Of a DNA stretch of 64,000 bases, positions 62,401-64,000 are shown one piece after another. The position numbers and the translations under genes are program-made. Positions within the stretch are counted from its first letter, which is position 1, and each line of letters begins with the position of its first letter. Source of the stretch: Thermodesulfobacteriota bacterium. Lineage in GTDB: Bacteria > Desulfobacterota_D > UBA1144 > Nemesobacterales > Mycalebacteriaceae. A model generated the notes under the pieces. It did not search any database and was not told where the DNA came from. It worked only from the letters and a program-made list of their open reading frames with translations. Location of the stretch: the NCBI GenBank assembly GCA_965205855.1, contig OZ242184.1, forward strand, positions 480,001 to 544,000, written 5' to 3'.

Positions 62401-64000
62401 CCTTCGCGACGGGCGACTTCACCTTTAACGATGCCGACGGCGATAGCCTGCAACGGGTGCGCATCGATACCCTGCCCGGTAGCGGCAGCCTGGCCCTGAA
62501 CAACGTAGCCGTCATCCTGGGGCAAGAGATTGCCGCCACCGCTATCCCCAATCTGGTCTATACCCCGGGCGCAAACGTTAATGGCACGGACAGCTTCACC
62601 TACAGCGTCTCTGACGGCACTGACTTCAGTGCCACATTCGCTACGGCAACCATAGCCATTAACGCGGTCAACGACGACCCCACTGGCGAGGTGACCATTA
62701 GCGGCATCCTGGCCGAGGGTCAGACCCTGACGGCGAACACCGACAGCATCAGCGATGCCGATGGCCCTGCTAGCCTGTCATTCACCTATCAATGGTTTGC
62801 GGGTACCAGTCAGATCAGCGGCGCAAACATGAGAACCTACACCCCGACCCAGGGCAATGTGGGCCAGATGATCAGCGTGGACGTCAGCTACATGGATGCC
62901 AATGGCATTGAAGGAGGTTTCTTCAGTGGTCCCGTCGGACCGGTGCTGGCGGCCAATGCTCCCCCCGTCGCTGTGGTTACCTCAGATTACGACAGTCTGG
63001 TGAGCACTACTTTAAATTTTAGTGGCGTAGATGGTGGCGTCACCATCACATTTGACGGCAGCGGCAGTTTCGATCCCAGTGGCGCTCCTCTGACTTACCG
63101 ATGGGAAACGCTTAACTCCGCGAGCACCGGGGTTGTAGTGGTGGGTACCGAAGCGATCTTTGAATACACTACACCGCCCCGAATGGTGGGTCGAGTGCAA
63201 GTGTTTCAATTTGCTCTCGTCGTGACCAACACTGTTAGTAATGTCAGTTCACCCAATTTCCTATCCGGGAACGCACCCATCACTTCTGTCTCGGTCTGGC
63301 CGGATGGCAATAACGACCCCACCGGGTCACCGACCATCACTGGCAACCCGACCCAGGGTCGGATCCTGACGGCGTCGCCCGGCGACATTCAAGATACGAA
63401 TGGCCTGACTAATGTGGTTTTCAGCTATCAATGGAATAGGCACGATGCTGGCACGGACACGCCGATCAGCGGGGCCACCGGGGACAGCTACCGGCTGACC
63501 CCGGCCGATGTGGGCGAGGAGATCACCGTGACCGCCAGCTATAGAGATAACCAACAAACCGACGAAAGTGTGACCAGTGCTCCCGTCGGGCCGGTGGCGG
63601 CGCCCTCTCTTCCCCCCAGCGCTGTGGTTACCTCAAATTACGACAGTCTGGTGAGGCGTGATAGCGGAGAGGAGGGCGTAGACGGTGGCGTCACCATCCG
63701 GTTTGACGGCAGCGCCAGTTCCGATCCAGGTGGCGGTTCCCTGACCTACTCCTGGCGGTTGCTTAACACCGAGACCGGCGGGTTTACCGAGCTGGGTACC
63801 GAAGCGACCTTTGAATACACTACACCGACCCGAATGGCTCAAGCTCAAAATTTCCTGATCCAGCTCATCGTGACCAACTCTGCTGGTATAAGTTCGCCCG
63901 AGTTGGCAAATCCTGAGGTTGTCAGGGTCTTGTCGGATAGCGGCAATACCCCACCCACCGGATTACCGACCATTAGCGGCAACGCGGCCGTGGGCGCGAC
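59439..64000 (+). CDS. Ig/cadherin/PKD-repeat surface protein, gene 4 (3'-partial, at least 1,520 aa); probable fourth paralogue
   Basis: Read by hand: ATG at 59439 gives MATSKSSPSPFHFLETAFLSTARFCVAAFFLLILSATGASA-QNTLPTGVPTISG... The same frame holds at every point checked up to the window end, which explains its absence from the track. GGAGAG at 59428-59433 precedes the ATG. An alternative in-frame ATG lies at 59340. No barrel is visible in the window. Confidence 0.85.
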   Translation, partial: MATSKSSPSPFHFLETAFLSTARFCVAAFFLLILSATGASAQNTLPTGVPTISGTLIEGRELTADTSGISDADGPDPLPFTYQWNRNDGTTDTAISGADSATYTLTQDDVGEMITVTVRYTDANNTNESLTSAPTSAITANMPPTANAGSNQRWGKGTEVTLDGTGSDDPDGDNAALTYLWERTAGATTVTLSDTTAAQPTFTIPTLIPSSVPASYTFRLIVSDGQASSAAATVRIFIRPLFQATIANQTFSVGNAITPITLPEARDGPNSLPSTNTYTLAPLPAGLAFDPASRTLSGTPSNLGTYNPVYTATNGDGDTDSLSFSIEVTTNTPPTTTGLTATTAEDTPYTFAAGNFNFDDAESGDSLQQVRIATLPASTSGSLALNGTLVTVPQEIAVADIPNLVYTPALNVNGAATFTFSVSDGTAFSTTATATITVTAVNDPPIIAQGLTVPGLGLTGGPRTFDLSSLFSDIDGDALTYTVSISNGSVAFVTVIAGSVLNIAPRNEGTTTITITADDGNGGTAEQVVTVTVVEALPTAVITSNYDSLVRLESGFEGVDGGVTITFDGSASFDPSGAPLTYRWEMINSDNTGVDLVGTEAIFEFTTPPRMVGRVQMFQFTLVVTNTVTNFSSPGFPHGLPPIVNVTVLPTGANNDPTGSPTITGSLSQGQTLTASRGDIQDPDGLVNVVFSYQWNRHDAGMDTPISGATGSSYRLTPDDVDELITVTASYRDNQRTDESVTSAPVGPVAAPALPPSAVITSNYDSLVRLNNGSRGVDGGVTIRFDGSGSSDPGGGSLIYSWRLLDTETGGFTELGTEATFEYTTPSRMTESQDFLIYLVVTNTANLSSPGLADSETISVFPDSSNAPPSGLPTVSGNATLGATLTVNTSGISDADGPANLSFTYQWNTRVGSTDTPISGATGNSYQLTPDEVGELITVTALYTDNQITDESVTSDPVGPVALAGTGANTPPTSSGLSATINEDTSYTFATGDFTFNDADGDSLQRVRIDTLPGSGSLALNNVAVILGQEIAATAIPNLVYTPGANVNGTDSFTYSVSDGTDFSATFATATIAINAVNDDPTGEVTISGILAEGQTLTANTDSISDADGPASLSFTYQWFAGTSQISGANMRTYTPTQGNVGQMISVDVSYMDANGIEGGFFSGPVGPVLAANAPPVAVVTSDYDSLVSTTLNFSGVDGGVTITFDGSGSFDPSGAPLTYRWETLNSASTGVVVVGTEAIFEYTTPPRMVGRVQVFQFALVVTNTVSNVSSPNFLSGNAPITSVSVWPDGNNDPTGSPTITGNPTQGRILTASPGDIQDTNGLTNVVFSYQWNRHDAGTDTPISGATGDSYRLTPADVGEEITVTASYRDNQQTDESVTSAPVGPVAAPSLPPSAVVTSNYDSLVRRDSGEEGVDGGVTIRFDGSASSDPGGGSLTYSWRLLNTETGGFTELGTEATFEYTTPTRMAQAQNFLIQLIVTNSAGISSPELANPEVVRVLSDSGNTPPTGLPTISGNAAVGA
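59522..59530 (+). repeat. T9 homopolymer in the signal-peptide coding region of gene 4
   Basis: gca gct ttt ttt ttg. This is the longest homopolymer I noticed in the window. Confidence 0.85.

Noticed and set aside
28770-63674. Diversity-generating retroelement (AAC-rich tracts, variable loops)
   Set aside because: No reverse transcriptase or non-coding template repeat is in the window, and differences between paralogous loops are not confined to adenines (e.g. ctt/cgt, tcc/gag).
93-63848. Many long minus-strand and alternative-frame ORFs (e.g. 15363-17912, 19503-21713, 10422-12380)
   Set aside because: They are shadows of the biased codon usage of the repeat genes. They repeat with the same period and resemble no protein family.
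1-64000. CRISPR array or mobile element
   Set aside because: All long repeats are in-frame protein modules. There is no short repeat-spacer pattern, transposase or integrase.

Overview
The window is almost entirely coding on the + strand. It holds a head-to-tail array of four giant surface-protein genes: gene 1 (<1-8619, 5'-truncated), gene 2 (8715-45857, 12,380 aa), gene 3 (45924-59006, 4,360 aa) and gene 4 (59439->64000, 3'-truncated, missing from the ORF track). Genes 2-4 start with homologous Sec-type signal peptides. The passengers are strings of ~90-140-aa Ig/cadherin-like modules from a shared pool (He_PIG-like, cadherin-like, PKD-like, Calx-beta, DUF5011-like, SwmB-like). Genes 1-3 end in a nearly identical ~1.39-kb cassette: linker helix, autotransporter-type beta-barrel and an unusual ~100-aa beta-rich extension ending in Phe. 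The best candidate for an undescribed system is this constant-translocator/variable-passenger array. Supporting signs are a chimeric gene 3, modules shared between genes, patchwork conversion among repeats, fixed-length hypervariable loops and a possibly switchable control region before gene 4. Domain names come from motif recognition, not HMM searches. I saw no RNA genes, transposases, recombinases, reverse transcriptase or CRISPR arrays. Such repeats are prone to mis-assembly, so long-read confirmation is needed.
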